Below, in pieces: positions 19,312 to 28,958 of a stretch of DNA of 64,000 nucleotides. Source of the stretch: a virus (taxonomy: Duplodnaviria > Heunggongvirae > Uroviricota > Caudoviricetes); IMG/VR virus record IMGVR_UViG_3300010163_000013, positions 1-64,000 of that record. The stretch is one strand, 5' to 3'. Both the position numbers and the translations under genes were made by a program. A model generated the notes under the pieces. It saw nothing but the letters and a program-made list of their open reading frames with translations. It made no database searches and was not told the origin of the DNA. The first letter of the stretch is position 1; each line of letters starts with the position of its first letter.

Positions 19312-19530
19312 ATGATAGAACAAGAACAGAATAAGACTACATGGTTTAATAACGAGGAATTGAAATGTTTAAAAGAAAACAGAATGTCAAGAAAAAATCA
19401 AAATGACAAATTGGATGGACATATAAACTATTTGAAGATATGTAATGATATAGATTATTTAGTTACTGATGAAGAACAAGAAAAAATTTTTCGGAGCGTT
19501 TTTACAGGAATTATTGATGATATTGAGTGA
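19312..19530 (+). CDS. Hypothetical protein.
   Basis: Shine-Dalgarno site AAAGGAGGGG. Confidence 0.5.
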   Translation: MIEQEQNKTTWFNNEELKCLKENRMSRKNQNDKLDGHINYLKICNDIDYLVTDEEQEKIFRSVFTGIIDDIE

Positions 19531-19689
19531 TTAAATTATTATTTATAATGAAAAAACAAATATTTAAAATAATATCTTTATAAATTAGAAATATTCTATT
19601 CTTAAAAGATTTGTGTATTATATAAGTAGTTATTAAATATTTTTAATAAAACACTTGACAAAATTCAACTATTATGTTATCTTTTAATA

Positions 19690-19810
19690 GGTGCTTATAT
19701 TACATATTTTTAGATTGGCAAAATCAATTTTTATTATTAAATTAGACCGACAAGGTCACCCAAGTTTATGCTTGGTTAATGTCATAGAAGTTTCTATGAC
19801 ATTTTTTTAT
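19690..19810 (+). ncRNA. Candidate small structured RNA ending in a terminator hairpin (GTCATAGAAgtTTCTATGAC plus a T-run).
   Basis: A 380-nt non-coding gap contains TTGACA at about 19655. Local hairpins GACCGACAAGGTC and CCAAGTTTATGCTTGG precede a perfect terminator at 19779-19810. Confidence 0.25.
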
Positions 19811-19911
19811 AATTAGAAAAAACAGAAAATATATAACAATAATCTTGTTTAAAAACGTATAATTCATTAAGCAGACAAGAAAAATAATAATTAGAAAGAG
19901 GGATAGATTTT

Positions 19912-20133
19912 ATGAGCGAACCTAAACAAGCTATATCAAGTGGTATATTAAAAAATTCTATATTTGAACCAAATGATGTTAATTGTACAATATATGCAAA
20001 TCGGGATATTTGGAATAAAAATAGTAGTGAGTTTAAAAAAAGATATCCTAATGAAAATCCTGATATAAAAAAGGCAATATCTTATTTGGAAGATATTTCT
20101 TATAATAAAGAATTAATTTCTAAATTATTATAG
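19912..20133 (+). CDS. Hypothetical protein.
   Basis: Shine-Dalgarno site AGAGGGA. Confidence 0.5.
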   Translation: MSEPKQAISSGILKNSIFEPNDVNCTIYANRDIWNKNSSEFKKRYPNENPDIKKAISYLEDISYNKELISKLL

Positions 20134-20162
20134 TTAGATTATCTATCTTTAACACTTTATTA

Positions 20163-20195
20163 CACCTCTCTATTATTTAATAGAGAGGTATTTTA
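20163..20195 (+). terminator. Rho-independent terminator.
   Basis: CCTCTCTATTAtttAATAGAGAGG, then TATTTTA. Confidence 0.7.
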
Positions 20196-20253
20196 ATTAT
20201 AAAAATATATAATTGATTTATTTTTATAGTAAAATATAAAAAATGTGTTTTAT

Positions 20254-21291
20254 TTGAAAAGATTAATAAGAAAAGAAAACGAATATTTAAAATATATTAT
20301 GTTTAAATATAGTATATTAAATTTTTATAAAAAAAATATTAAATTAGCAGAAACAGAAGATGGTTATTTTAATGCCAAAGAAATGAAATTTTTAAATGAA
20401 ATGATGGATTCTAAATTGTTTTCTACAGACTTTATGAAATATGTAGGAAGTGTTTTAAATGATAATGTTATAAAAGGTATGAGAGCATTAATGGAAGAAG
20501 GTTATACAAATGAAGATTTGTATAAAGTGATTATTTATATAGCTAAAAATAATTTATTAGAGGGAATTAAATTTGATAGATACATATATTATCTAACACA
20601 TAGAAAAACAGATATAACAGAAGAGCAAGCATTTCAATTTTATAATTTTAATAAAAATGTAGATTATGATAAATTAAGTGATGATAATTTTGTAGTATTT
20701 TATAATAATGGATTATTAACAAAATTATATAATACATCTAAAATTGTAGTTTTTGCACAAGATGTTAATAATATAATTGATTTATGTAATAAAAATTTTA
20801 GTACGTTAGATAATTCTACAGAATGGACTTTAATTAATATTGCTACTGTATATTTACAAGGAGCGGATAATTCACATATAGATTTAATGAAAGATATACA
20901 TACTCATTATTCCAATAATTCTAATTTTAAGACATTAAGAGACTTAATTGCTAATAATGAAGAAGAACTTATTATATTATTTACCGAGTATGATATTAAT
21001 GAAAGCGATATGGAGTATTTAAAAGATTATTATAAAACAAATAAAGATTTAAAGGAAATAAAAAAATTATTAGATTTAGGTTTATCAGTAGAAGAAGCTT
21101 TAAATGTAATAGATGAAAATGACGAAATGGAAGAATATATGAATGATTATGAAAATTATATAAATAAAAATGATGAACAAGAAGATTATGAGAATAGGAA
21201 TCAACATTTAAGAGTTGCTAAAATAAAAAGATTAAAAAATAGTATAAAAATATTGACATTGTTTAATTTTTGTGTTATTATATTGATATAA
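20254..21291 (+). CDS. Hypothetical protein with a C-terminal hydrophobic anchor. The candidate TTG start gives the N-terminus MKRLIRK, which would be MKRL-leader family member 3.
   Basis: ORF 20245..21291. LKRLIRKENEY sits at the N-terminus. The C-terminus is ILTLFNFCVIILI. Confidence 0.45.
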   Translation: MKRLIRKENEYLKYIMFKYSILNFYKKNIKLAETEDGYFNAKEMKFLNEMMDSKLFSTDFMKYVGSVLNDNVIKGMRALMEEGYTNEDLYKVIIYIAKNNLLEGIKFDRYIYYLTHRKTDITEEQAFQFYNFNKNVDYDKLSDDNFVVFYNNGLLTKLYNTSKIVVFAQDVNNIIDLCNKNFSTLDNSTEWTLINIATVYLQGADNSHIDLMKDIHTHYSNNSNFKTLRDLIANNEEELIILFTEYDINESDMEYLKDYYKTNKDLKEIKKLLDLGLSVEEALNVIDENDEMEEYMNDYENYINKNDEQEDYENRNQHLRVAKIKRLKNSIKILTLFNFCVIILI

Positions 21292-21315
21292 ACAAAAGAA
21301 AGGAGTTTTTAAAAA

Positions 21316-21561
21316 ATGAGAAAAACATACTTTAATGTAGAAAGATTAAATCAAGCAATGCAGGAAACAGGAGCGACAAGAGAGGATTTATTAAAAGCAA
21401 TACAAAAGGAACATAGATCCCCTTTAAGCAAAGTTGAAAATTTATTAAATTCAATAATGACCAGTAAAAAAGATCCAACATTGCATTTATTAAAAACAAT
21501 TTGTGATGTAGTTAATGTGTCTGCTGACTACTTAATGGATTTAAAAGAAGATATGTATTAA
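21316..21561 (+). CDS. XRE/Cro-like helix-turn-helix transcriptional regulator.
   Basis: ATREDLLKAIQKEHRSPLSKVENLL...LLKTICDVVNVSADYLMDLK. Length 81 aa. A Shine-Dalgarno site AAAGGAG precedes it. Confidence 0.5.
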   Translation: MRKTYFNVERLNQAMQETGATREDLLKAIQKEHRSPLSKVENLLNSIMTSKKDPTLHLLKTICDVVNVSADYLMDLKEDMY

Positions 21562-21579
21562 AAACAAACAAAATGTTTT

Positions 21580-21612
21580 TAAGGCCTAATATTTTATATT
21601 AGGTCTTTTTTT
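21580..21612 (+). terminator. Rho-independent terminator.
   Basis: GGCCTAATATtttATATTAGGTC, then TTTTTTTG. Confidence 0.7.
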
Positions 21613-21686
21613 GTTTTAATGTTCTTTTTTTATTTATAATTTGTATATATAATATATAAAATAAATAAGAAAGGAAGTTAATAATT

Positions 21687-22130
21687 ATGGCATTAGAAAT
21701 CGCTGACGAATATAAAGATATTGCACAAAGATTAATTAATAAATATCCTCAAAATTTTGGTAATTTTGATATTAATAAAATATTATTTCTAAAAGAAACA
21801 TCTAAATCACCTAAAAAATATGCTGAAACAAGAAAAGTAACTCCTCCATATACATTTATGACTTCAGTTAAGTTTATCATTACAGTATATGAACCTTGTA
21901 TTGTATCTATGAATGATGCTCAATTACATTTATTAATGTTACATGAATTAATGCACATTGATGAAGATTTTGAAAAATTAGTTAAACACGATTTAGAAGA
22001 TTTTAAGGTCATTATATCAAAATATGGTGCTACTTGGGATATTGATCCTAATTTACCAGATATATTAGAGGATGAAGATAACATACAAAATAGTAATACT
22101 GATGATGATGACGAAGTAGAAATTTTATAA
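21687..22130 (+). CDS. Putative HExxH zinc metallopeptidase-like protein with an acidic tail.
   Basis: LHLLMLHELMHIDEDFE contains HELMH. The C-terminus is DDDDEVEIL. Confidence 0.35.
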   Translation: MALEIADEYKDIAQRLINKYPQNFGNFDINKILFLKETSKSPKKYAETRKVTPPYTFMTSVKFIITVYEPCIVSMNDAQLHLLMLHELMHIDEDFEKLVKHDLEDFKVIISKYGATWDIDPNLPDILEDEDNIQNSNTDDDDEVEIL

Positions 22131-22133
22131 TAA

Positions 22134-22172
22134 AAAAGAGAGTATCTTATATTTAGATACTCTCTTTTTGTA
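22134..22172. terminator. Bidirectional hairpin terminator between convergent genes.
   Basis: AAAGAGAGTATCT...AGATACTCTCTTT. Confidence 0.75.
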
Positions 22173-22229
22173 ATTTATTTCTATATTGTCTTCTATAAAC
22201 AATAATACATTTATAATATATATTATTAT

Positions 22230-23084
22230 TTAAGAATAAGTTTTTGTTTTTAATATGTTCATTATTAATGTCATTTGTTCTGCATCATACTCTTTATAAG
22301 CATATAATTGTGCATCTATTCCACGTTCTAATCCTGTTTTAATTATTTCCATTTGTTTAACAGTAAATTCAGGATCTGCATATAAAGAAACATTTAAATT
22401 TTTTTCTAGTCCTTCTTTTATTATTGCCATTTGTTCTGAACCAAATAATGCACTATTATAAATAGATACATCTAAATTTTTCATTAATCCATGTAGTATT
22501 ATCCTCATTCGCTCACTTGATAATAACGGATTAGTATATTGTGATACGTCTAAATGTTCTTCCAATCCTTCTCTTATTACTGACATTTGTGAATAATTAT
22601 ATTTAGGGGAACAATATAATGATACATCTAAATGTTCTTCTATCCCTTTTCGTATTTGAAACATTTGATCTTTATCATATTCTTTTTTCGCATATAATGA
22701 AACATTCAAGTTACCTAATAATCCCATTTGTATTTGATACATTTGAAATTCATTGAATTCAGGATTCGCATATATGGAAACGTCTAATCCATATTCCAAT
22801 CCTTTTCTTATTAATTTCATTTGTGCGTTGTTATAATTAAAATTACAGTAGCAAGATACATCTAAATTTTGTTTTAGTCCTATTCGTATTTCATTCATTT
22901 GATAAAAATTAAATTGTTGTTTGGCATACCAAGTTACATCCAATTTATCTTGTAACCCTATTCTAATTTGAAACATTTGCTCCCAAGTAAATTTAGGATT
23001 TTCATATATTGATGTGTTTAAGTTATTTTTTTTACCTATTGCTATTTCATTTTTTTGTTTTTTATTATATTGTTTTGTAAACAT
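22230..23084 (-). CDS. Tandem-repeat protein of about 9.5 copies of a 28-aa repeat. The consensus is F/YxxxQMxxIRxGLxxxLDVSxYAxPx.
   Basis: Repeats read directly, for example FNFYQMNEIRIGLKQNLDVSCYCN, YNNAQMKLIRKGLEYGLDVSIYANPE and FTVKQMEIIKTGLERGIDAQLYAYKE. Confidence 0.6.
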   Translation of the reverse strand: MFTKQYNKKQKNEIAIGKKNNLNTSIYENPKFTWEQMFQIRIGLQDKLDVTWYAKQQFNFYQMNEIRIGLKQNLDVSCYCNFNYNNAQMKLIRKGLEYGLDVSIYANPEFNEFQMYQIQMGLLGNLNVSLYAKKEYDKDQMFQIRKGIEEHLDVSLYCSPKYNYSQMSVIREGLEEHLDVSQYTNPLLSSERMRIILHGLMKNLDVSIYNSALFGSEQMAIIKEGLEKNLNVSLYADPEFTVKQMEIIKTGLERGIDAQLYAYKEYDAEQMTLIMNILKTKTYS

Positions 23085-23303
23085 ATTTATTTCCTTTCAT
23101 TTTAAATATTTTAATTGTTTTCTCTTTATATGTGATAAGATTATTAATACAATTTTAAATAATTATCATCTTTAACTAATTATCATCTTTATATTTATTA
23201 TATAATATTCGCAATAAAAAAACAATATTTTATATAAAAAAATAATATTATTTTATTTATAATAATATAAATGAATATTTAAAAAGGCAGGTAATGTTAA
23301 AAT

Positions 23304-24260
23304 ATGGCAAATAATCAAAATTTTAATATATTTAGTTCTCCTAAAAAATTATATGAAGTATTAAATAATAATGGTTATATTTGTGATAAAAATATAGCAT
23401 TAATTGTTTACTTAGCATATAAATTAGAAAAACCAATATTAATAATGGGTTCTCCAGGGGTAGGTAAAACAGAATTAGCAAAGAAAATATCTACATTATT
23501 AAATAATAACGATCCAATAAGATTACAATGTTATGACGGTTTATCTAGTGAAGAAGCATTGTATTCTTGGAATTATCAGAAACAATTATTGTACATTGAA
23601 GCCAATAAAAATAATCAAAATTGGGAAGAATTAGAAGAAGAATTATATAGTGAAAAATTTATATCTGCTCGACCATTATATAAATCTATTGTATCTAATA
23701 AAAAAGAAGTATTATTAATAGATGAAATAGATAAAGCTGATGAAGATTTTGAATCATTTTTATTAGAATTGCTTGCAGAGCAACAAATTTCAATAGCTGA
23801 AAATAAAACAATAAAAGCCAAGAATAAACCATTAGTATTTATAACGTCAAATGACAAAAGAGATTTATCCGATGCTCTAAAACGAAGATGTTTATATTTA
23901 TATATTGATTATCCTACGATTGAACAAGAAATCAATATAGTTTTATCTAAAATACCAAATATTAATAATGTGTTAGTGTCTCAAATAGTTAGTTTTATAG
24001 ATAAAATAAGAAATGATAAATTGGATAAAAAGCCATCTATATCTGAAACTATTGATTGGGCAAAAGCTTTAGTTAGTCTTAATATAGAACAATTAAATCC
24101 TACAATAATAAAACAAACAATAAGTATTTTACTTAAAACACAAAATGATATAGACTTAGGAAATAGAAAAGTTAGTCAATATTATAAAGAAATTCCCAAA
24201 GAATCTATCATTAAAATTAATAATATAACTGATATTAATGATAGCGAATGGGATTTTTAA
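23304..24260 (+). CDS. MoxR/CoxD-like AAA+ ATPase.
   Basis: Walker A GSPGVGKTELAKKI, Walker B LLIDEIDKADEDFESFLLELLAEQ, and sensor FITSNDKRDLSDALKRRC. Confidence 0.75.
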   Translation: MANNQNFNIFSSPKKLYEVLNNNGYICDKNIALIVYLAYKLEKPILIMGSPGVGKTELAKKISTLLNNNDPIRLQCYDGLSSEEALYSWNYQKQLLYIEANKNNQNWEELEEELYSEKFISARPLYKSIVSNKKEVLLIDEIDKADEDFESFLLELLAEQQISIAENKTIKAKNKPLVFITSNDKRDLSDALKRRCLYLYIDYPTIEQEINIVLSKIPNINNVLVSQIVSFIDKIRNDKLDKKPSISETIDWAKALVSLNIEQLNPTIIKQTISILLKTQNDIDLGNRKVSQYYKEIPKESIIKINNITDINDSEWDF

Positions 24261-24389
24261 GTAAAAATTAACAATGATTGTTTTATTTAATATAACATAA
24301 ATATAATAAAACAAGGAAGTAATTAAGATGAAAAAATTAGAAATGTTTATACAATTATGTGAAAGCAATCCAATTAGGAGGAATTAATA

Positions 24390-24473
24390 TGCCAATTTTA
24401 GCTCGCTCAATAGTAAGACGTAGAAAAACAACTTATGATATTAATACTAATAAAAAATTATATCGAATATAAA
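24390..24473 (+). CDS. Possible 27-aa Arg-rich peptide (MPILARSIVRRRKTTYDINTNKKLYRI), preceded by a 19-aa ORF.
   Basis: Strong Shine-Dalgarno site AGGAGG 7 nt upstream of the ATG. Confidence 0.25.
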
Positions 24474-24597
24474 AAAAAATTCATATTCACCGCAACAACC
24501 TACTAAACAAAAAACAATGACGACCTATGAGTCCGAAAAAAATTTTTTAAATAAATTATCATAAATATATTCAATAAAAAAATTTTATATTACCAAT

Positions 24598-24627
24598 AAA
24601 GGGAGTACTTAAATACTCCTTTTATTA
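24598..24627 (+). terminator. Hairpin terminator.
   Basis: GGAGTActtaaaTACTCC, then TTTTATT. Confidence 0.55.
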
Positions 24628-24765
24628 TGTTTAAAATTTTAACATATTATTAATTTAATGAAAAAATTAATAAAAATTTATATAATGTTCTATCAAAACT
24701 TTTTTATTATTAAAAATTTTTTATTTTTTATTTTATATATAAATAAGAAAGTAGGAGATATAAAA

Positions 24766-25572
24766 ATGTATGAACCAGTTATTAAATGGACAGGTAGTAA
24801 AAGAACACAAGCAAAAGAAATATTAAAATACTTTCCTAATAAAATTGATACTTATTATGAACCATTTTGTGGTGGAGCTGCTGTATTAAGACAATTATTA
24901 GATAGTAATATAGAAGTTAATCGTTATATCTGTAGTGATATTTCAACTTCATTAATAAATTTATGGAATGAAATAAAAAACAATCCAAATTCATTATGTG
25001 ATTATTATGAAATAGAAAGAGAAAAATTTATAAAAAATAATAAATATTATTATGAAGTTAGAGAACGTTTTAATAAACAAAACAATTGTAAAGACTTTTT
25101 ATTTTTATTACGAACTTGTATGAATGGAATGCCAAGATGGAATAAAAAAGGTGAATTTAATACATCTGTTCATTATAATAGAAATGGAATTAAACCTAAA
25201 ACGTTTAGAAAAATATGTATTGAATGGAGTAATATACTTAATGATAATAATGTATTGTTTATAAATCAATCATATGAAAATATCATTCCTAATAAAAATG
25301 ATTTTGTATATCTTGATCCACCATATATACATACTAAAGGAATGTATTATGGAAATATAGATTATAATAATTTATGGGAATATTTAAGAAATATTAAAAG
25401 TAAGTATATTTTATCATTTGATGGTATAAGTGGTAATAATGATAATACATATAATGTTCCTAATGATATTTACACACAACATCAATATATATTAAGTGGT
25501 AATAGTAGTTTTAGAAGAACAATAGGTAAATCAAACAATAGTATTGTATATGAAAGTATATATATAAAATGA
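24766..25572 (+). CDS. Dam-family N6-adenine DNA methyltransferase, copy 2.
   Basis: YEPVIKWTGSKRTQAKEIL, YEPFCGGAAV (FxGxG) and VYLDPPY. The start is the ATG at 24766, after AGTAGGAGATATAAAA. The track start at 24658 is an AT-rich extension. Confidence 0.75.
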   Translation: MYEPVIKWTGSKRTQAKEILKYFPNKIDTYYEPFCGGAAVLRQLLDSNIEVNRYICSDISTSLINLWNEIKNNPNSLCDYYEIEREKFIKNNKYYYEVRERFNKQNNCKDFLFLLRTCMNGMPRWNKKGEFNTSVHYNRNGIKPKTFRKICIEWSNILNDNNVLFINQSYENIIPNKNDFVYLDPPYIHTKGMYYGNIDYNNLWEYLRNIKSKYILSFDGISGNNDNTYNVPNDIYTQHQYILSGNSSFRRTIGKSNNSIVYESIYIK

Positions 25573-25588
25573 TAAGAAGGTTGACTAT

Positions 25589-26680
25589 ATGAAAATATTA
25601 ATTAATTTTCTAAATCAAAATAATAAAGATAAAATAATATCACCATTTGTTAATTATCCTAATTGTAAAGCGGATGATGATAATTTAATTATACCTGGAA
25701 TTTTAAAAATAGATTATTCATCTAATAATATAAAATGTTATTGTTATTCATTATATATTGCAGAATTAATAATATCATCTATTTGTACCATTACAACATC
25801 TGTTGACAATAACCAAGGTAATATTATTTTTCCAAATAGTTTAGATTCTATTATGCTTGAATGTGATATTTATTCTTTTGATTTAATATTAGAATTAGTT
25901 CAAAATGGTACAACACAATATATAAATACAGATAAACAACAAATTAAATCTAACATATCTTTATCACAATGGTTATCGGCAGATATAAATGTTAATAATA
26001 TGAAATCATTAATAAACTTAAAATGTAATAATTATAATATTTTAGTTAATGATAAGTCGGCAAAAATATTTTGTGAACGAGTAAAAGAGCATCCTTTAAT
26101 ATTTGCTACAAATTTAAAAAAATATTTTGATTTCGGTACTGATATACAAATGAAACCTAAAATAGAATATATATTTTTTTATAAGATGTTAAAATCAGAA
26201 ACAGGATATAAAAAATATTCTAATTTTATGAATGATAATAAAGAATTGAATTTTAAATATAATGAAGGCAAAGAATATACTTGTAATATATCAACAAATG
26301 GTAAAATAGAATTTAAGTTATTAGAGATAGGGGACAAGTATCCTAAAAAAATTATTTATCAAACGGATAAAGTAGAAGATTTATTTATTATTGATAAATT
26401 AAAAAAATATTTTAATATAAGTAATATTAGTATTATTTCTAAGGTTAATAATTTAAAATTAAATATAAGTACTCTATTAAATGATTTAAAATTTTATAAA
26501 GATGAAGAATTTTTTATTTTTTTAAATACAAAAGATAATTTGAAAGCAACATATAATATATATAGCAATGTTTTAAATATAAAACAAGATATAAAAATTG
26601 AAAATGGTATTAATAACATAGAAAATGAAAGAAATAAACTTCAAGAATTTATAGAAAACTTAATCACTTATAGTGATTAA
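25589..26680 (+). CDS. Hypothetical protein.
   Basis: ORF of 363 aa. No motif recognised. Confidence 0.5.
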   Translation: MKILINFLNQNNKDKIISPFVNYPNCKADDDNLIIPGILKIDYSSNNIKCYCYSLYIAELIISSICTITTSVDNNQGNIIFPNSLDSIMLECDIYSFDLILELVQNGTTQYINTDKQQIKSNISLSQWLSADINVNNMKSLINLKCNNYNILVNDKSAKIFCERVKEHPLIFATNLKKYFDFGTDIQMKPKIEYIFFYKMLKSETGYKKYSNFMNDNKELNFKYNEGKEYTCNISTNGKIEFKLLEIGDKYPKKIIYQTDKVEDLFIIDKLKKYFNISNISIISKVNNLKLNISTLLNDLKFYKDEEFFIFLNTKDNLKATYNIYSNVLNIKQDIKIENGINNIENERNKLQEFIENLITYSD

Positions 26681-26843
26681 AATAAAAATTTATAAAATAT
26701 ATATTATACATTATATATAAATATATATAAAATAAAAAAAGGAATGTAATAGTATTATAAAAAGACTTGTACAACAATCAATTAGAAAAATTGCAAAAAA
26801 AGGATTAATTAGAAAAGCAATAGATGATAAACAACAAGCATTT

Positions 26844-27191
26844 TTGGACGAATGTATTAATAGTGGTAATTATGATGAATATATTTTAAAGGATATTGAA
26901 ACAACTCTTAATGCAGGAGTTTCTGCTTATAATATTAAAAAATATATTGATCAAGGTAAATTTGATTTAGATCAACTTGAACAAATATTAAAAGGATTAG
27001 CAAAAGGATATGATGATTATGAAATGCTTATGTTAGCAGATCCTAAAAAAGATGCAAAAAAAATGGAGGCTGTAAATTATGGCATATTAATGGGATGTAG
27101 TCTTGATTGTATAGATTATATGATAAAGAATTATGATATTGGTACTGCTATGGATTTATTTGAACAATCATTTATGCAAAATCAAAAGTAA
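26844..27191 (+). CDS. Hypothetical protein.
   Basis: ORF of 115 aa. Confidence 0.4.
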   Translation: MDECINSGNYDEYILKDIETTLNAGVSAYNIKKYIDQGKFDLDQLEQILKGLAKGYDDYEMLMLADPKKDAKKMEAVNYGILMGCSLDCIDYMIKNYDIGTAMDLFEQSFMQNQK

Positions 27192-27263
27192 TCAAAAATT
27201 TAAAAAGTAATACGATATATATTGTATTACTTTTTTAGGTTAAAATATATTAGGAGAAGTTTT

Positions 27264-28667
27264 ATGGTTGACAGTATAATAAAATTTATTAATATATTGC
27301 GTTCTATGAATATAAGAATTTCAATTGCTGAAACCATTGATAGTATTAAAGCAATCGAACAAATTTCAATAGAAAATAAAGAAGATTTTAAGACATCACT
27401 TTGTAGTATTTTAATAAAAGATTATGAAAACATAAAGATGTTTAACAAGATATTTAATATGTTTTTTATTTATAAAGAAGAAACGAAACAGATAGAAGTC
27501 AATGAACAGCAGTTTGACAATTTATTTACTCAAATGCAACAATCTTTTGATAATTTCAATAATGAAATAGGACAAGAAAAAAACATAGAATATACTGATT
27601 TCAAGCAACAGGAATTTGAGCAACAAAACTTTAGTGAAAAGAATACATTTAATAATAATCTACAAAATAAGATAGATATGTTTTCTATGGGGGGAGATGA
27701 ACAATTAAAACAAGAAGCAAAACAAATAGCCAATAGTATAAATTATAATAAACAAACTTTACAACGAGATATAGAAAATACGCTTATTAAACAAGGATAT
27801 GAAATGAGTAAAACTCAAAGTATGACAAAACAAAATCAAGAATTTATAGAAAATAAATATGAAAAATTAAAGCAATATATACAAGAAGAAGTAGAAAAAA
27901 ATAAAATAAGAAAAAGCGGGATAACTACAATTAAAGAAATAATGGATAATGAAGATGAAAATTTTTATAATAAAGATTTTATTGAATTAAGTAAATGTGA
28001 CATAAAGAAGATACAAAAATTGCTTGATATGCTTATTAGGAAAATGTATAATATATATATAAGAAAAAAAATAAAAGGAAATAAAGGAAGTATTGATATA
28101 AAAACAACAATTAGAAAAAGTATAAAAAGTGGAGTAATTAAAGATATTTATTATAAAAAAAGAAAAAAAGAAAAAACTAATTTAGTGTTATTATGTGATA
28201 TATCTGGTAGTATGTTAAATTATATTAAATTTATTTTACAAATTATAATTGGAATAGAACAAATATTTAAAGAAGTACGAATATATGTGTTTATGGAAAA
28301 ATTAAAAGAAATAACAGAAGATTTAAAAACAAGCGAAGATATAATTAATACAGTTGAAACAATATATAGAACAAGTAATTTAGGCTATGGAACTGATTAT
28401 GGCAATACATTATTTTGGTTTAGTAAAAAACACTTTGATAAAAAAACTAAAATAATAATAATTGGTGATGCAAAGAACGGTGGGGAAGAAACGGGAGAAA
28501 ATTATTTATTTGACATAAAACAAAAATGTCAATGTATTTATTGGCTCAATCCTGTAAAAGAAAATGAATGGGATGATAATTTTAATAATTATAAATATTG
28601 TTGTAAACAAGTATTCGAATGCAGCAATTTAAAACAATTAGAAAGTATAATAAGAAAAATTATATAA
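27264..28667 (+). CDS. CoxE-like protein with a C-terminal vWA domain.
   Basis: LVLLCDISGSMLNYIKF (a MIDAS motif) lies at about residue 315. IIIIGDAKNGGEE lies downstream. Shine-Dalgarno site TAGGAGAAG. Confidence 0.6.
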   Translation: MVDSIIKFINILRSMNIRISIAETIDSIKAIEQISIENKEDFKTSLCSILIKDYENIKMFNKIFNMFFIYKEETKQIEVNEQQFDNLFTQMQQSFDNFNNEIGQEKNIEYTDFKQQEFEQQNFSEKNTFNNNLQNKIDMFSMGGDEQLKQEAKQIANSINYNKQTLQRDIENTLIKQGYEMSKTQSMTKQNQEFIENKYEKLKQYIQEEVEKNKIRKSGITTIKEIMDNEDENFYNKDFIELSKCDIKKIQKLLDMLIRKMYNIYIRKKIKGNKGSIDIKTTIRKSIKSGVIKDIYYKKRKKEKTNLVLLCDISGSMLNYIKFILQIIIGIEQIFKEVRIYVFMEKLKEITEDLKTSEDIINTVETIYRTSNLGYGTDYGNTLFWFSKKHFDKKTKIIIIGDAKNGGEETGENYLFDIKQKCQCIYWLNPVKENEWDDNFNNYKYCCKQVFECSNLKQLESIIRKII

Positions 28668-28958
28668 CATTTATAAAAATATTAAAAAGAAATTTGGACG
28701 GTGATAATGTAAAATGATAAATAAAAAAAGTATAAATTTTAATGCTAAAAAAATAATCAATAAAAGAAAAACAGATAATTTTAAACCAAGAGAAATTAAA
28801 AACTCATTTTTGCAAACTAATGAAAATTATATTTTAGGAACTTCTACTTATAATCGTATGAAATTTGATAAAACTTATGATTATTAATATAGTTAATTTT
28901 AAAAACTATACTTAATAAAAAATTATCTAAGATATATATTTATAAAAGGAGATAAAAA

